DNA of 64,000 bases from a virus, in IMG/VR virus record IMGVR_UViG_3300045988_156245. One strand, given 5' to 3'. Below the pieces are notes generated by a model. That model was not told the DNA's origin. It ran no database searches and saw nothing but the letters and a program-made list of their open reading frames with translations. This document shows, one piece after another, positions 8,279 through 20,700 of this stretch (within the stretch, counting starts at the first letter, position 1; the number at the start of each line of letters is the position of its first letter). A program made the translations under genes and the position numbers.

Positions 8279-10456
8279 CTAAATAGTATCCAATGCTCTA
8301 GTGCAAGATATAGACATTGTGCCTTCCGCTTCTAGAGGGATTGAATAAGATTCTATTATATAATCTCCATATATTTCACTCTTTTTATCTAAAACAGATA
8401 TACGAATATTTGGCTCAAGATAATAAATTGGAATACTTTCTATTTCAATACTCTCATTTAAACTTACGCATTGATATAATAAATCTCTAGCTGCATAAAA
8501 AGCACTATTCCAAATAGCACTTGTTTTAGATAAATTTTTATAAATAGATGAAGGAACCAATATATATCTTTGCCCAGTTAATAAGTAATCATCAATTTCT
8601 TTTTGAGTATCTTCTCCCACTGTATAATCTTCATTACATTCAATTAAAACATAATCAGGAATATCAGGTTCAAAAATACAATTAACTTTACTATCAGAAT
8701 ATGATTTAGTTCTTTTTCCAATATTATCTATACTATATTTAGCAACTTCTGTATTGCTATCTATAATATCTAAATAATATTTAACATTATACATATTAAT
8801 ATCTGTTTTTGCTATATATTTATTGTTTTCTATAGAATAAAATGCAGGCCACGCCTCTTCTAGTTCTATAAAATAATTATTAGTATCTCCGCCGGAACGA
8901 GTACCCTCAATCCCGCTTAAATATAAATCATCTCTCCAATTAGGTGGTGTTATAGTGTCTACTATTGTAGCATCTTTTAATATAACATAATCTTTAATTT
9001 TAGGATTCCATTGATAAAAAATATTAGTTGAAATATCTCTATAAACTAATTCATTCACTCCTATTTTAGGAAAATTATCATAATTAGAATAATCAATACT
9101 AACCAATAATCTATTATTTGTTTTATCATAAACAAAATTATTATATTTATGGTTACTCCAATTTGCGGGAATTGTATCAATAGCTAAATGATAACGTATT
9201 TGAGTAGCAGTTCCATCTATACCTTTCGCTTCGCCCCATACTATAAAATCATTCTTTATATTTTCCCATTTCGGAGAATTAGAATAAGAAATAAATAAAT
9301 CTGGATTATTAAATACATATGTAGCATTGCTTTTGCCTATTTCAGATAAATAAGCATCTTTTTCTAAATTTAATAATTTGTTTAAATCTCCCGTTGCTTT
9401 TGAAGTATTTAAGTAATTTTGAATTTCTCTAAATACAAAATTTCCATCTATATCATAAAAATATTCAAAATTGCCAAGTGTATCTTTTATTTTATCTAAG
9501 ATTGAAGTGATAGAATCTCCTGCATTTGCTTGTAATCCATTTGCATCATCTTCTGCGGGGTATACTAAATCTTCATAAAGACCACCAATATAATCTCCTT
9601 CAGAAAAGTATAAATTACCTAAACCATTAGTAGAGAAACTATATCCTGCAGCAGGTGGCGTTGGTACATCTTCTATTTTTTCAACAGTATCACCTAAATA
9701 ATAAATACCATTGTGGCTATCATTTTGAGCAAAATAAATTCCTTGTTTTTTCTCTTGTGTATTATTATTATTATTATCTTCACTTGTCGTAGTAGTTGTC
9801 ACTTTTTTCTTTTTCCACATCATTCCCATAATTGCGGTTTTAGGAACTCCATCAATAATAATTTTACTTAATTGCTCTCCACCCCAATGATTTACTAATT
9901 CAGTAATTAATTGATATATTGTTATTTGCTCTGTTACAATTGCTCCAGTAGCTTTATCAAGAGTATCAAAAGTATCTAAATATACAGAAGCGGGGAATGT
10001 GCCTCCACAATCGCCATTTAATAAACACATTTTATCTTGTAAATTCATTGATATTATTAAACCAGCTTCACTATTAGAAAAAGATGGAGACTGCATTACA
10101 TAAATACCTTGTGGAAACCATATATAATCATAATCAGCATATTGCGGATATTCTTTCTTTAAAGTATTTTTAATACCTATTTGTAAAGAAACCTTTCTAT
10201 TGATAACAAATAATTGCTTTAAATCCATGCTATCATAGTCTACAGTATCCGCAATAAATTCTAAACTAGCTGTTCTTCTCACGGTAGAGCTACCATCAAT
10301 ACTAATGCTACCGGAAGTAACCCTACCAGTTACTTCCGCAATAGCTCTTTCTTCTTTTGTTAAAACTATAACTTTTATAATCTTTGTTTTTATTTTTTCT
10401 AAATCCAACTGATGTAAAAACAAAGAATCAGATAAGTAAGAAAAATTATTTATCAT
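8279..10456 (-). CDS. large distal-tail/baseplate protein (Tal-like position)
   Basis: 725 aa from the ATG at 10456 (10 nt after ggagag); second large gene after the tape measure; poly-Asn/Thr linker. Confidence 0.45.
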   Translation of the reverse strand: MINNFSYLSDSLFLHQLDLEKIKTKIIKVIVLTKEERAIAEVTGRVTSGSISIDGSSTVRRTASLEFIADTVDYDSMDLKQLFVINRKVSLQIGIKNTLKKEYPQYADYDYIWFPQGIYVMQSPSFSNSEAGLIISMNLQDKMCLLNGDCGGTFPASVYLDTFDTLDKATGAIVTEQITIYQLITELVNHWGGEQLSKIIIDGVPKTAIMGMMWKKKKVTTTTTSEDNNNNNTQEKKQGIYFAQNDSHNGIYYLGDTVEKIEDVPTPPAAGYSFSTNGLGNLYFSEGDYIGGLYEDLVYPAEDDANGLQANAGDSITSILDKIKDTLGNFEYFYDIDGNFVFREIQNYLNTSKATGDLNKLLNLEKDAYLSEIGKSNATYVFNNPDLFISYSNSPKWENIKNDFIVWGEAKGIDGTATQIRYHLAIDTIPANWSNHKYNNFVYDKTNNRLLVSIDYSNYDNFPKIGVNELVYRDISTNIFYQWNPKIKDYVILKDATIVDTITPPNWRDDLYLSGIEGTRSGGDTNNYFIELEEAWPAFYSIENNKYIAKTDINMYNVKYYLDIIDSNTEVAKYSIDNIGKRTKSYSDSKVNCIFEPDIPDYVLIECNEDYTVGEDTQKEIDDYLLTGQRYILVPSSIYKNLSKTSAIWNSAFYAARDLLYQCVSLNESIEIESIPIYYLEPNIRISVLDKKSEIYGDYIIESYSIPLEAEGTMSISCTRALDTI

Positions 10457-13337
10457 TTTTTGCATACTCTCCTTTCTCTGTTTCATAAGTATAATTAATA
10501 TAAGCATTAATAGGTACTTTTGCAATTTGACTTTCTTTATCATAAGAATAAAATTTATCGTTCAAATATATATAATTTTCATATTCTGTATCTGTTGTCA
10601 TAATAAAATCTTGATAGTCTGTTCCTTTTTCAAGACCTTTTTTATCTAATAATGCTAAATTTTCTTTAGAAATACTATTTTTTATATCTTCTATGCTATC
10701 AAAATTACTTCCTATTAAATATTTAGTTGAAATTCTATAAATGCCATATTCAACAGGTTGAGATATTTCTGATAAAAAATTATAAATATTTTCATCTTCA
10801 TGGACTTTATTACTTGGAAGATATAATCCTCCAAAATAAGCATCTAAAATAACATACTGGTCATCATAAAAATCAAGTTTATTATTATTCCAAACAATGT
10901 GCTTATAATAATTATTATTGTCTGCGGAGTCTTTGACATATAAAACTGTACCAGCTTCCGCCTCTATTCCTAATCTATCAATAGATAATAACTTAATATA
11001 AAATCTTTTTGAACTAACTTGATATTTATTTCTTAAAATAGGTAATATATGCTCGTTATATCTAAATGTTCTTCTTTCTTGTCCTATACCTTTATAAGCA
11101 AAAATATTATTAATGATTTGATTATTTTTAATATTCTTCTCCATTGTAACAATATAATCAATTACAACTTTTGGTGTTTCATCATATAATTGATTAATTT
11201 TAGGAAAATATAATGAAGTAACTGGAGTATTAAAATCCGCTATTTCATAATAAGGAATATCTTTTGATACAAAAATATCTTTATTATTAATGTTAATAAT
11301 ATATCCTTTACCTACTTCTTTTGCATTAGCAAAATCTGTGCTTATAGAAGATAATTGTCCATCTTCTGAAGTATAAATAGTTTGAGCATCTGTTTCATTC
11401 ACAAATCTAATTTTTAGCCAATTAAAATTTTTAAAAGTATTAATTATATCTGATGCTCCTTCATAAGCATGCTTATTATTTACTTCTTCTATTATTTCAG
11501 TTGTTCCTGTAAAAGTTCCCATAATTTGTCCTACAAAATCTTCTGTAATAATATTTTGTGTGGTGTCTCCTATGTATTGTATTCCATATTTATCAATATT
11601 AGCAAGAGAATAATCAGAAACTTCTGTTACAGTGGCAGATAGATTATATACTAATCTACCTAATTGTTCTTCTGGAGTAATAGAAATTTCAGTAAATTTA
11701 ACTAACATATTTCCTTCAGGAGTTGAACGAAATAATTTTATATTATCTTCATGTAAAAAATCTAATACTTTTTCTCTAAAATCTCTTTCATAAATATAAT
11801 TATTTTGAGAAGTTATATGTTTAATATTATTAAAATTATCATACTCTTTTACTATATCAGAAGAAAAATACATATTATCTTTTGTTGTAAATAAATTTTC
11901 ATTTGTAAAAGTATTATGACCCTCTTCATCTATAGTTACCAGTTCATATTCATCACTAAAAAAAGATATTAAACTATTTAAAGTAAAACTTTTATAATTT
12001 ACAACTCCATTCTTTGTAATGAAAGGATACTTTGAACCAAGAGTAGAGGTAACTGACTCCATTACATTTCTTGTAAGAGAATCAATAGAAGAATTATATT
12101 TTAAACATAACATCTTCCCATCTCTAACTATATAAATATCATCTAAATAATTAATTGCGGAAATAGGGTTATCATTTTTATCTAACTCTTTTAATAAAAC
12201 TCCCCTTCTACCTAAATTATCAAATCTTTGAACTCCATATCTATAAAAAACTCCGCTCTTCGTTGTATAATCATACCAAGTATAATCTAAAGGAACTCCG
12301 TCTGATATATATACTCTATGTACATCTTCCCATACTGTATAATTACTTTCACTAGAAGTTCTTCTAAAATTTATAACGCCAATAAATCCCGATATATTAT
12401 CTTCTTTATGTCTTACATTAATTTTTATACGTCCTAAATCATTCTGAGCTTCCGTGGAAAGAATTGCGTTAAGCGAATTCCCGCCGCTTGTAATTATCTT
12501 TATATAAAAATCTTTTGACTCTTTATATTTAGTTATAGTAGTATAATCAAACCTAATTCTATAATTCATATCTTCACTAAATTGATAATTAAATGTATAT
12601 TTAAAAACATTAGGAGTATATTCATTAGCATAAAGAATACCAGAATCACTGATTAAAGTTTCTTCTTTATCATCAATATAAGCTCTTATACGGTAAGACT
12701 CTAATTTCTCTTGTTCTTGGCTATCTCTAAAAAGCAATTGACCATTTAAGTCAGTTAAATTTGAAACATAAAAAATGCTTGATAAAGCACCAGTTAAAGA
12801 TTCTTGATTTAATTCTGATATATAAATACTAGGTTGTGAAATAGGTCTTAATAAACAAACAGTTGACCATTCCGAAAAATTATTTATTTGTTCATTAAAC
12901 CAATCAATAGTTCCAATATTTTTTGCATTTGTCGCTTCGCCTTTTTTAGTGAAACGAATTTGAGCTTTCATATATTGATTTATTGTAAATTTTTTTTCAT
13001 TTTTATTATCAAGACTAATAAAGTCTTCTTCAGTTAATGTAATATAATATTTATTATTACCACTAACAGTTTCATCAATCCCAAATTTATCTTTATCTTT
13101 GCTAGTAAATACTTTTATGCCATTAGTTGCTTTTAATAAAGATTGATTAGTATATTGATTTCTAACTGTAACTTGAATACAATCTGAAATTTGTTCATAA
13201 CTATTATAGGCAGAAATGCCAAAATATATTCTAATAGTTGCTCTTTGTTTCTCTTCATTAAATTTATCATTTATAATAGGGAAAGCAGGCATATAAGTAT
13301 CTACTATTGGCGGATAAATATCTATTTTAAAAGCCAT
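10446..13337 (-). CDS. large distal-tail/baseplate protein (Dit-like position)
   Basis: 963 aa; first large structural gene downstream of the tape measure block. Confidence 0.4.
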   Translation of the reverse strand: MAFKIDIYPPIVDTYMPAFPIINDKFNEEKQRATIRIYFGISAYNSYEQISDCIQVTVRNQYTNQSLLKATNGIKVFTSKDKDKFGIDETVSGNNKYYITLTEEDFISLDNKNEKKFTINQYMKAQIRFTKKGEATNAKNIGTIDWFNEQINNFSEWSTVCLLRPISQPSIYISELNQESLTGALSSIFYVSNLTDLNGQLLFRDSQEQEKLESYRIRAYIDDKEETLISDSGILYANEYTPNVFKYTFNYQFSEDMNYRIRFDYTTITKYKESKDFYIKIITSGGNSLNAILSTEAQNDLGRIKINVRHKEDNISGFIGVINFRRTSSESNYTVWEDVHRVYISDGVPLDYTWYDYTTKSGVFYRYGVQRFDNLGRRGVLLKELDKNDNPISAINYLDDIYIVRDGKMLCLKYNSSIDSLTRNVMESVTSTLGSKYPFITKNGVVNYKSFTLNSLISFFSDEYELVTIDEEGHNTFTNENLFTTKDNMYFSSDIVKEYDNFNNIKHITSQNNYIYERDFREKVLDFLHEDNIKLFRSTPEGNMLVKFTEISITPEEQLGRLVYNLSATVTEVSDYSLANIDKYGIQYIGDTTQNIITEDFVGQIMGTFTGTTEIIEEVNNKHAYEGASDIINTFKNFNWLKIRFVNETDAQTIYTSEDGQLSSISTDFANAKEVGKGYIININNKDIFVSKDIPYYEIADFNTPVTSLYFPKINQLYDETPKVVIDYIVTMEKNIKNNQIINNIFAYKGIGQERRTFRYNEHILPILRNKYQVSSKRFYIKLLSIDRLGIEAEAGTVLYVKDSADNNNYYKHIVWNNNKLDFYDDQYVILDAYFGGLYLPSNKVHEDENIYNFLSEISQPVEYGIYRISTKYLIGSNFDSIEDIKNSISKENLALLDKKGLEKGTDYQDFIMTTDTEYENYIYLNDKFYSYDKESQIAKVPINAYINYTYETEKGEYAKNDK

Positions 13338-13368
13338 ATTATTTTCTCCTTTTTCTCTTTTATTTTTA

Positions 13369-13842
13369 TTATTCCGTTGGAGGGGTATTAGGCAATGCTC
13401 TTAAATCCTGCATTAATTTACCAATATAAGAATTACCATGTTCATCTCGATAATTTTTATATCTTCTCTCTATTCCTTCCAAACTGTAATCATCAATCCA
13501 TTTTTTTTCATAGCAAAAATAATGATGTTTTTCTGTTATCCACGTTTTTATATCATTTTTATCTGAATCAATTAACAAATCTACTTTATTAGCAATAATT
13601 GTTAAATACTCACAAATATGTTTTTGCTCTGCTGCTAAATCTTCTATTTTTTTATCTTCTTTTCTAATTTTTGCATATACATTTTCTCTTTCTTTATCTT
13701 CATTAAAACCTTTCTTAAAAAGTTGTCTTAATTTTGTCACAGCCCATTCTATAAAAGTAACAACCTCTTTAATGGCAATAGCTAACATAACAACAAACAT
13801 AAGTATTTCTGCTATAGAATATGTTGTTAATAGTTCTAACAT
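13369..13842 (-). CDS. membrane protein with one N-terminal TM segment
   Basis: 157 aa; ILMFVVMLAIAI TM then a charged coiled-coil-like region. Confidence 0.5.
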   Translation of the reverse strand: MLELLTTYSIAEILMFVVMLAIAIKEVVTFIEWAVTKLRQLFKKGFNEDKERENVYAKIRKEDKKIEDLAAEQKHICEYLTIIANKVDLLIDSDKNDIKTWITEKHHYFCYEKKWIDDYSLEGIERRYKNYRDEHGNSYIGKLMQDLRALPNTPPTE

Positions 13843-13958
13843 AATATCCTCCTTCGACTTTTCGCTATTTTATATAAAACTCTATTAGTTAAAATAAAAC
13901 AATTTAGTCCAAGCAATAAAAAAATAGGGATAGTTTAAAACTATCCCTATTATATTTA

Positions 13959-14318
13959 TTATTTTTGCTTACCAATAATTCCTTCAATAGTAGTAATAAC
14001 AAACTTTTCTATATCACCATAGTTATTTTGAATTGCGGAAGTTACTTTATCATTCATTAGATTTAAGGCTTGATTTTTAGCTTTTTCTAATGCTTTCTTT
14101 TGAGCCTCTAAAGTAAAGTCGCCATTCTTTTTTAGGTCATCAACATATGTCTGTTGAACTGAATTAACTGCTGTAGCAATAATATCTGCTGCTTTCTTTA
14201 ATTGCTCATTATCAACTTTTTCATCTACATATTTTTTTGCAAAATATGTTAATACTGAAATAGCAACAGGTATAACAATAGATATAATTGTTTGTAAAAT
14301 CATTAAAAATACTTCCAT
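13959..14318 (-). CDS. holin-like protein (LL-H family style)
   Basis: 119 aa from the ATG at 14318 (aaggagg + 5 nt); N-terminal TM ILQTIISIVIPVAISVLTYFA followed by a helical charged tail, as in Holin_LLH proteins. Confidence 0.45.
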   Translation of the reverse strand: MEVFLMILQTIISIVIPVAISVLTYFAKKYVDEKVDNEQLKKAADIIATAVNSVQQTYVDDLKKNGDFTLEAQKKALEKAKNQALNLMNDKVTSAIQNNYGDIEKFVITTIEGIIGKQK

Positions 14319-14328
14319 ATTTACCTCC

Positions 14329-14619
14329 TTAATCAAGAAAACAATTAGGTTCTGTAGAACCTAAAATAAATTTAGTTTCATTTATATCTCCATTTGTGAT
14401 TAAAACATAAACACCAACACCAGGTTTATATTTTTTATCTGTACTACTATAAGCAACAATAGAAGAATCTTGATAGGTAACTTTATATTGATTACCTTCA
14501 ATGTTTTCTTCTATTATTCCATATATAGTTGTGTTAAAATTACTTGTTTCTAATCTTCTATTAATTAAAATATCAATAGCATTTAGAATTGCATTATTAA
14601 TTTCTTTTTCTCTCTTCAT
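14329..14619 (-). CDS. hypothetical protein (96 aa)
   Basis: ORF immediately downstream of the tape measure. Confidence 0.5.
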   Translation of the reverse strand: MKREKEINNAILNAIDILINRRLETSNFNTTIYGIIEENIEGNQYKVTYQDSSIVAYSSTDKKYKPGVGVYVLITNGDINETKFILGSTEPNCFLD

Positions 14620-14713
14620 AACATATTCTCCTTTTTTCTCTATGATTAAAATAAAAATTAATATAATAATATTAATTTATTTTAACCAGCGGAAGCGGGG
14701 TTGCCGCCATCCG

Positions 14714-17700
14714 CTATCTTCTTTTAGTAGAATATGCTTTTTGAGTTGCCATATTTTCTAACGAATTAAATGCTTTTTCAATTTCTTTTGCATTTGATAC
14801 TCCAGGGAAGTCCGCATTTATAGTAACATTTTGGTCTATAGTTAATTCATCATTTGAAACGCCTTGCTTCATAGATAATTGACTTTGAAGAACAAAATCT
14901 TTTTTGATATTTTGCATATTACTATATAAAGTATCTATAATTTGTTGAGCAATTAAAGAAGATAAATCTAAACTTTGAGTATTTATTTCTCTAACGCTAT
15001 CAACAATTTTCAGCATATTTGCAGTATCTTCTTTATTAAGAACTAATTCTTTTTCATGCAACATAGCAATTTTACCTTCTGAAGAGTTCCAATCTCCAGT
15101 ATATCCACCAGTATCAAAACCTGAGAATCTATTATAAAAAGTTTTTGCTGAAATCCAACCTGAATACTCAAATGGTTGAACATTACCTGACCCATGAGTA
15201 TCACCAGCAAAAGGTAACACAGAAAATTGAATTTTTACTGCTCCATTTTTTTCATCATATTTTAATACTTTTACTTTACTATGTAAAACGTTTTCTGTAT
15301 AGCCTTCATTTGCTTTATGTACCTTTACAATACTTTTTGCATTTTTACTTCTATCGCCTATTGCTTCTTTTTTTGTATTCCATAAATCAAATTCCACATG
15401 TTTTTTCCCATCACTATGGATTCCATTATTAGTCCATGAAACTTTATCCCCTTTTTCTATCTGATTGTTAACTGAAGCTTTTGCTTTTGGAAGATGATTT
15501 TTAGTTTTCTTTATTTTTGTTGGAGAAGCTTTACCAGGGTTATTACCACCCCCACCGCCACCACTAGGGTTTCCTGATGTAACATATCTAGTTGTAACTG
15601 TAATAGTTTTACCCTTTAAAGCATCGATAGCATTCTTTAAATTTCCTGCTTTTTCAGTAGCAGTATCTAAAGAATTATATAAATTTATGATTGGTTGTTT
15701 TACTGCATTTAAACTTTTTTCTAATGCTGATATACGTTTGTCATCATTAACCGCTTTTTCATATGCTTCATAATTTTCTAAAACTTTTTCCCACTGTTTC
15801 TTAACTCCTTCTACTTTATCTTTGTGAGTATTAATAATTGTATTAACAGCTGGAATTTGAACGTTAGCTTCATTTTTTAATGTTTCAAATCCATTTTTAT
15901 ACGCTACCATTGCATTGTTACAATTTCTCCAGACTTCTGTAACTGCTTCTTCCATATGTTGAGAATCTTGAGTAACACCAGTATAATATTCTTTAAAAGC
16001 ACTGCCTAATTTAGGTAAAGTATCTTTTATCCAACGTTGTTTTTCATCATCAGATAATTGTTGCCAAACTTTATCAGTTTTTCCTGACTGAACCATTGCA
16101 ATTGTATATGCGGCTTCCGCATAATCATTCTGAGCTTGCAAATAATCATTATAAGCAGCATCATATTCTGTCTTCCAATTAGTATAATAATCTCCTACAT
16201 GGTTTTGCATCCATGTTTCTATTTCTTGTTGAGATAAGGTATCTATATTTTCAAGACCTTCAGATTCAGCTTTAGCTTTTAAATCTGTTACTAATGAACT
16301 AATTAAACTTGCAGACTTTTCATATGTTGACATACGTTGGTCTTTTGTAATTTTATACCATTCATTATTAGCATCATTAAGTTCACTTCTTGCTTTATTT
16401 ATATCATTATTATTAGCAGTGTATTGATAAGTATAATTACCTTGAGAGTTTCTTCTTAATCTTAAAGATGTTTTCTTATCTTGAGCCTCTTGTAAGGCAA
16501 TTTGTTTCTTTAAAACATTATACTTTGCTTTTGCTAATTTAAAATCATATTCACTTAAATATGCTTGATTTTTTAATTGTTTTTCTTGTTCGTCTCTAAA
16601 TTGTGCTAATTTTTCTTTTATTGCATCAGAAGATGCTTCATCAATATCCATATCAATAGATAAAGTAAAATCTTTTAAATTAAGGTCTTTTTCAATATTA
16701 TCATACCAATTATTAATATAATCTTTATCTAAAGACCAAAGTTTATTAGCCCAATCAAAACCTTTTCCATCAGTCATTTCGTTTTCAAAATCTTGAAAAG
16801 CTGCTTCAATAGAATACTTAAAAGCGTCTTGGTATGCTTTTAACGAATTTAATGAAGCCTGTTGAGCATTGTTTTGTGCTATTTCAGAATTTTTAATTGC
16901 TTCATCTCTTAAATTTTCTAACTCTTCAATACTATTTTTAGTTGTCTGTAATTCTTGTTTTGCTTGTTTTTTGGCTTTTTTAGTTTTAGCATTTTTAACT
17001 TTATCTTCTAATTTATCTCTTTCTTTTTGTTTTTTATTAATTCTCTTTTGATAATTATCTTCTATTTTATCCCATTTATCCTGTTCTTTATAATAGTATT
17101 TAGTTTGCTCAGCATACTCATTCCCTTGTTGAGTAGATAGTTGTGCTTGTTCAGCTTTATTACTACCATGAATTAAATTTAATAAATCTGCATAATATTT
17201 AGTTTCATCTGTAATATTCTTTAATTTATTTTGTACGTCATCAAAATCTGATTTAAGTGAAGACATCCATTCTTTCATAGTGCTATAATAATTTTTTATA
17301 GCTTCTTGTATAGATTTTGCTGATTCAGCAGCTTTATCAGTATAATTTTTATAAGCATCCATTGCTGCTTGAGAATCAGTACCATATGTTTTATCTTTTC
17401 CACCTTTAACAATCTTATTATAAGCTTTTTTTGCTTTTTCAGCATTTTTTATATAAGTTTGCATCTCTTTTGATTGAGTATAACTTAATCCTTTTGCAAT
17501 ATTAGTTTGCAATTTAGTAAAATAATCTGAATCAGATGCCATTGATTCTTTAAACTCTTGAAGATTTCTAATAGCCTCTCCAGTATCTACCCTAACAGTA
17601 ACCTCAGCCTCAATAGCTTTAATATTATTTTCAACTTTTTGATATATTAATTCTTGCTGCTTAGCTAAATTATCTCCGGCTTCCTGTAATGCTTCATTAT

Positions 17701-20700
17701 ATTTACCATAAGCATCTTCATAATCTTCAAATTCTTGCTTAGCTTTTTCATAAGTTTTCTCTTTTCCTGATGCTGCGGCCTTATTAACTTTAGCCTTTAA
17801 TTTTTCCCACACTTGCTGATGGTTTGATACTGTTCCATCTTCTCCAAAATTAGCTCCATAATGAATTAATTTACTACCTTGTCTATTAATATCTTTTTGA
17901 ATTAGCTTATCTTTTTGTTTATATAATTTTAATTGAGCATCAAGTATTTTATTTTCTTCTTTAATTCCTTGTATTTTAGTTAAACCATATGTATGCTCTA
18001 TTAAAGTGTTTATTCTATCATAATGATTTTCTTGAATTTCTAATTGGTTATTAATATTTTCTAATAAGTCAAATTCATCAGTTATTGGCTCTAAATCAGT
18101 GCTATCTTTATCTTTGTCCTTATCTCCACTAGCACCTTTCCCCTTTTTAACATTACTAGCGGCAACATTAGATGCATTTAATTTAGCTCTTATACCTTGA
18201 GCTTCGCTAAAGGCTGTATTTGCAGCTTGTTGTTCACTTTCAGCTTTTGCCTTATATTCTTGAGCTAAATCACCTAAATCTTCTTTAGTTGCTTTTTCTA
18301 TATCAGGAATTTCTGAAACAGTAGTTGTACTTCCTTCCGCTCCTTCATAATGAGGTACAATATTCTTTGTTTCAATTTTTCCATCTCCAGTTGCAGCTTC
18401 ATTATTGGCTTTTGCAACGGCAGCAAACTCTGCAGAATTTAAAGCAGCTGATTGATAAGCTTCAGCCCAGTTTGAAGCTAAAATACCACCATTTTCTTGT
18501 GAAGAATCTGCTAATTTCTTTTGATTAGTAATTTCTGTTTCTTTTAACATTTTATTATTGTTAGCCTGAACATCTATTGCTTTTGCTAACAATTTATTTT
18601 TAGCATCTTCTATACCAATTTCGTTATTAGCTGCTTGTTGAGCTATTTCCGCCATACTTCCATATAAAGTTGCTTGAGCTGAATGATATTCTGCCTCTGT
18701 CTCTAATTTTGTGGCAGTTTCTTCTACTTTAGTTTTGATAGATTGTCTAGCTGCATCAATAGAAGATTGAATTGCTTCTTTATTTAATTTTACAGTTCCA
18801 TCAGACATATACTGCATTTGCTGTAGAACACCAGGAATTGCCTCACCAATAGCTGTAACATCATCAGCAGCAACAATATAATCTTCACCAATTTTTTCAA
18901 CTGCTTCATCTATATTATCTAACTGACCTGTTAAACTAGTAAAATCTTGATGCCCTTCAGCTCTAATTTTTACAGATACGCTATAAGAATCATTTAATAA
19001 ATCATCCATTTTATCAGTAAATTCTTGAGTATTAGCATCTATATTTACTGAAAAATCTTCTTGTCTATATTTTAAAAGAACTTCCTCTAAATTATCATAA
19101 GCTGTTGTATTAGCCTGAGAAATTTGAATATTCTCCATTTTATCTTGAACTTCATCAAGAGCATCATACCATGCTTGAGTACCAATAAGAGCAGTATTAT
19201 TAACAATATTGATTTCATTTTCTAATTTTGGATAAATTTCACTTGCTGATTCTAATTGTTTCTGATATGATTTAAATTCATCTGAAATATTATCAGGAGT
19301 TAAATCCCCAGATAAGGCTTGACTCATTGCATCTTTCCCACCCGATACAACATCATCAATACCTTTTTCAAAAGTTTTTCTAATTGTATCCATGCTAGAA
19401 TCAATAATATATTCTGCTGCTTTATTTGCACTATCTGCATTATATATCTTTTCCCAATCTTCTTGATTGAAAACACTTAAATCAACATAAGACATTAAAT
19501 TAGTATCATCTAATGCATTAACAATATCTTTGTTTGTATTTTTTCTATGTTTAATTAATTTTTGAAAATCTTCATCCTGTTTTTGGGCTTCATTCCATCC
19601 ATAGTCTTCGACACCATAAGTTTTCTTAACGGCATTTCCCATAGCCATTCTTTGAGATTCTCTATTTTGCTCTGCTTCATATTGAGCTTGAATATCAGTA
19701 GAACCATAAGCATAAATATCACTTTTGAATCTATCTTCATAATAAGCTTTTGCATCTCCTGATGCCTCTGCTGCTTTTTTAATATAATCATTATCCTTAT
19801 AGGCATTAATCATATTAGTTTTATATGCTTCATAATCTTTACGATTATTCATTTCATCATCTGCATCAGTTGTATTTGTAGCGAAAACACCAGCAGAATA
19901 ATACTCACTTAAAGTTTCTAATTGTTCTCTATAAGCTTGAGTAGCTTCATCTAATTGTTGATATTGAGCACTTAAACTAGAATAAGTTTCAGTTGTTTGT
20001 TTACCGTCTTTTTCTAAGTCTTTTAAAGCTTTTTCTAACGCTTGCATTGCAACTACAGACTCTTCAGCATTTAAGTTTTCAAAATTCATTACAAAATCAG
20101 AAGCTCTATCATGGTCTACAATTTGCGCCCATTTATCCCAGTTAGTTTGTATTGCACTACCATAATCAGATAAAGTATCTTCTATTATACTAACAGCGTC
20201 AGATTCTTCTTGACTAGTAAAAGTCATTCCATAAGTATGTTCCCCTTCAGCACTAGCTGCATGATATGCGTCTCCAGTAATTAAAGTAGCTAAATCTTCT
20301 AATCCGGTAAAACCAAGAGTACTAACAAAACCAGCTAATTCAGCACCGGTTTGGCTCCAAAAACCTGCTTTATCTTCACTTGCATCTTCTTGGTTTTGCA
20401 ATGATACATTTCTTCCAGCTGCTTCATAACTTTTAATTAAATTAGTTGCATCTGTATTTTTTATTTGTAATCTTGTAGCTAATACTTCTTTTAATTTATC
20501 ATTAAATAAAGAATAGTTATCTATTACACTTAATAAAGCAGTTCCTTCATCTCCTAATTTATCAATTAAATTTTGAGAAGCTGTAACTAATTCACTTTTT
20601 CCCTCGCCAGTTTCTTTATATTTATTATAAGCTTCATTATATGCTTTTGCATTTTCAGAAATAGCATCTTTTTCATCTTTTAAAGCTTGATTTCCTTCTA

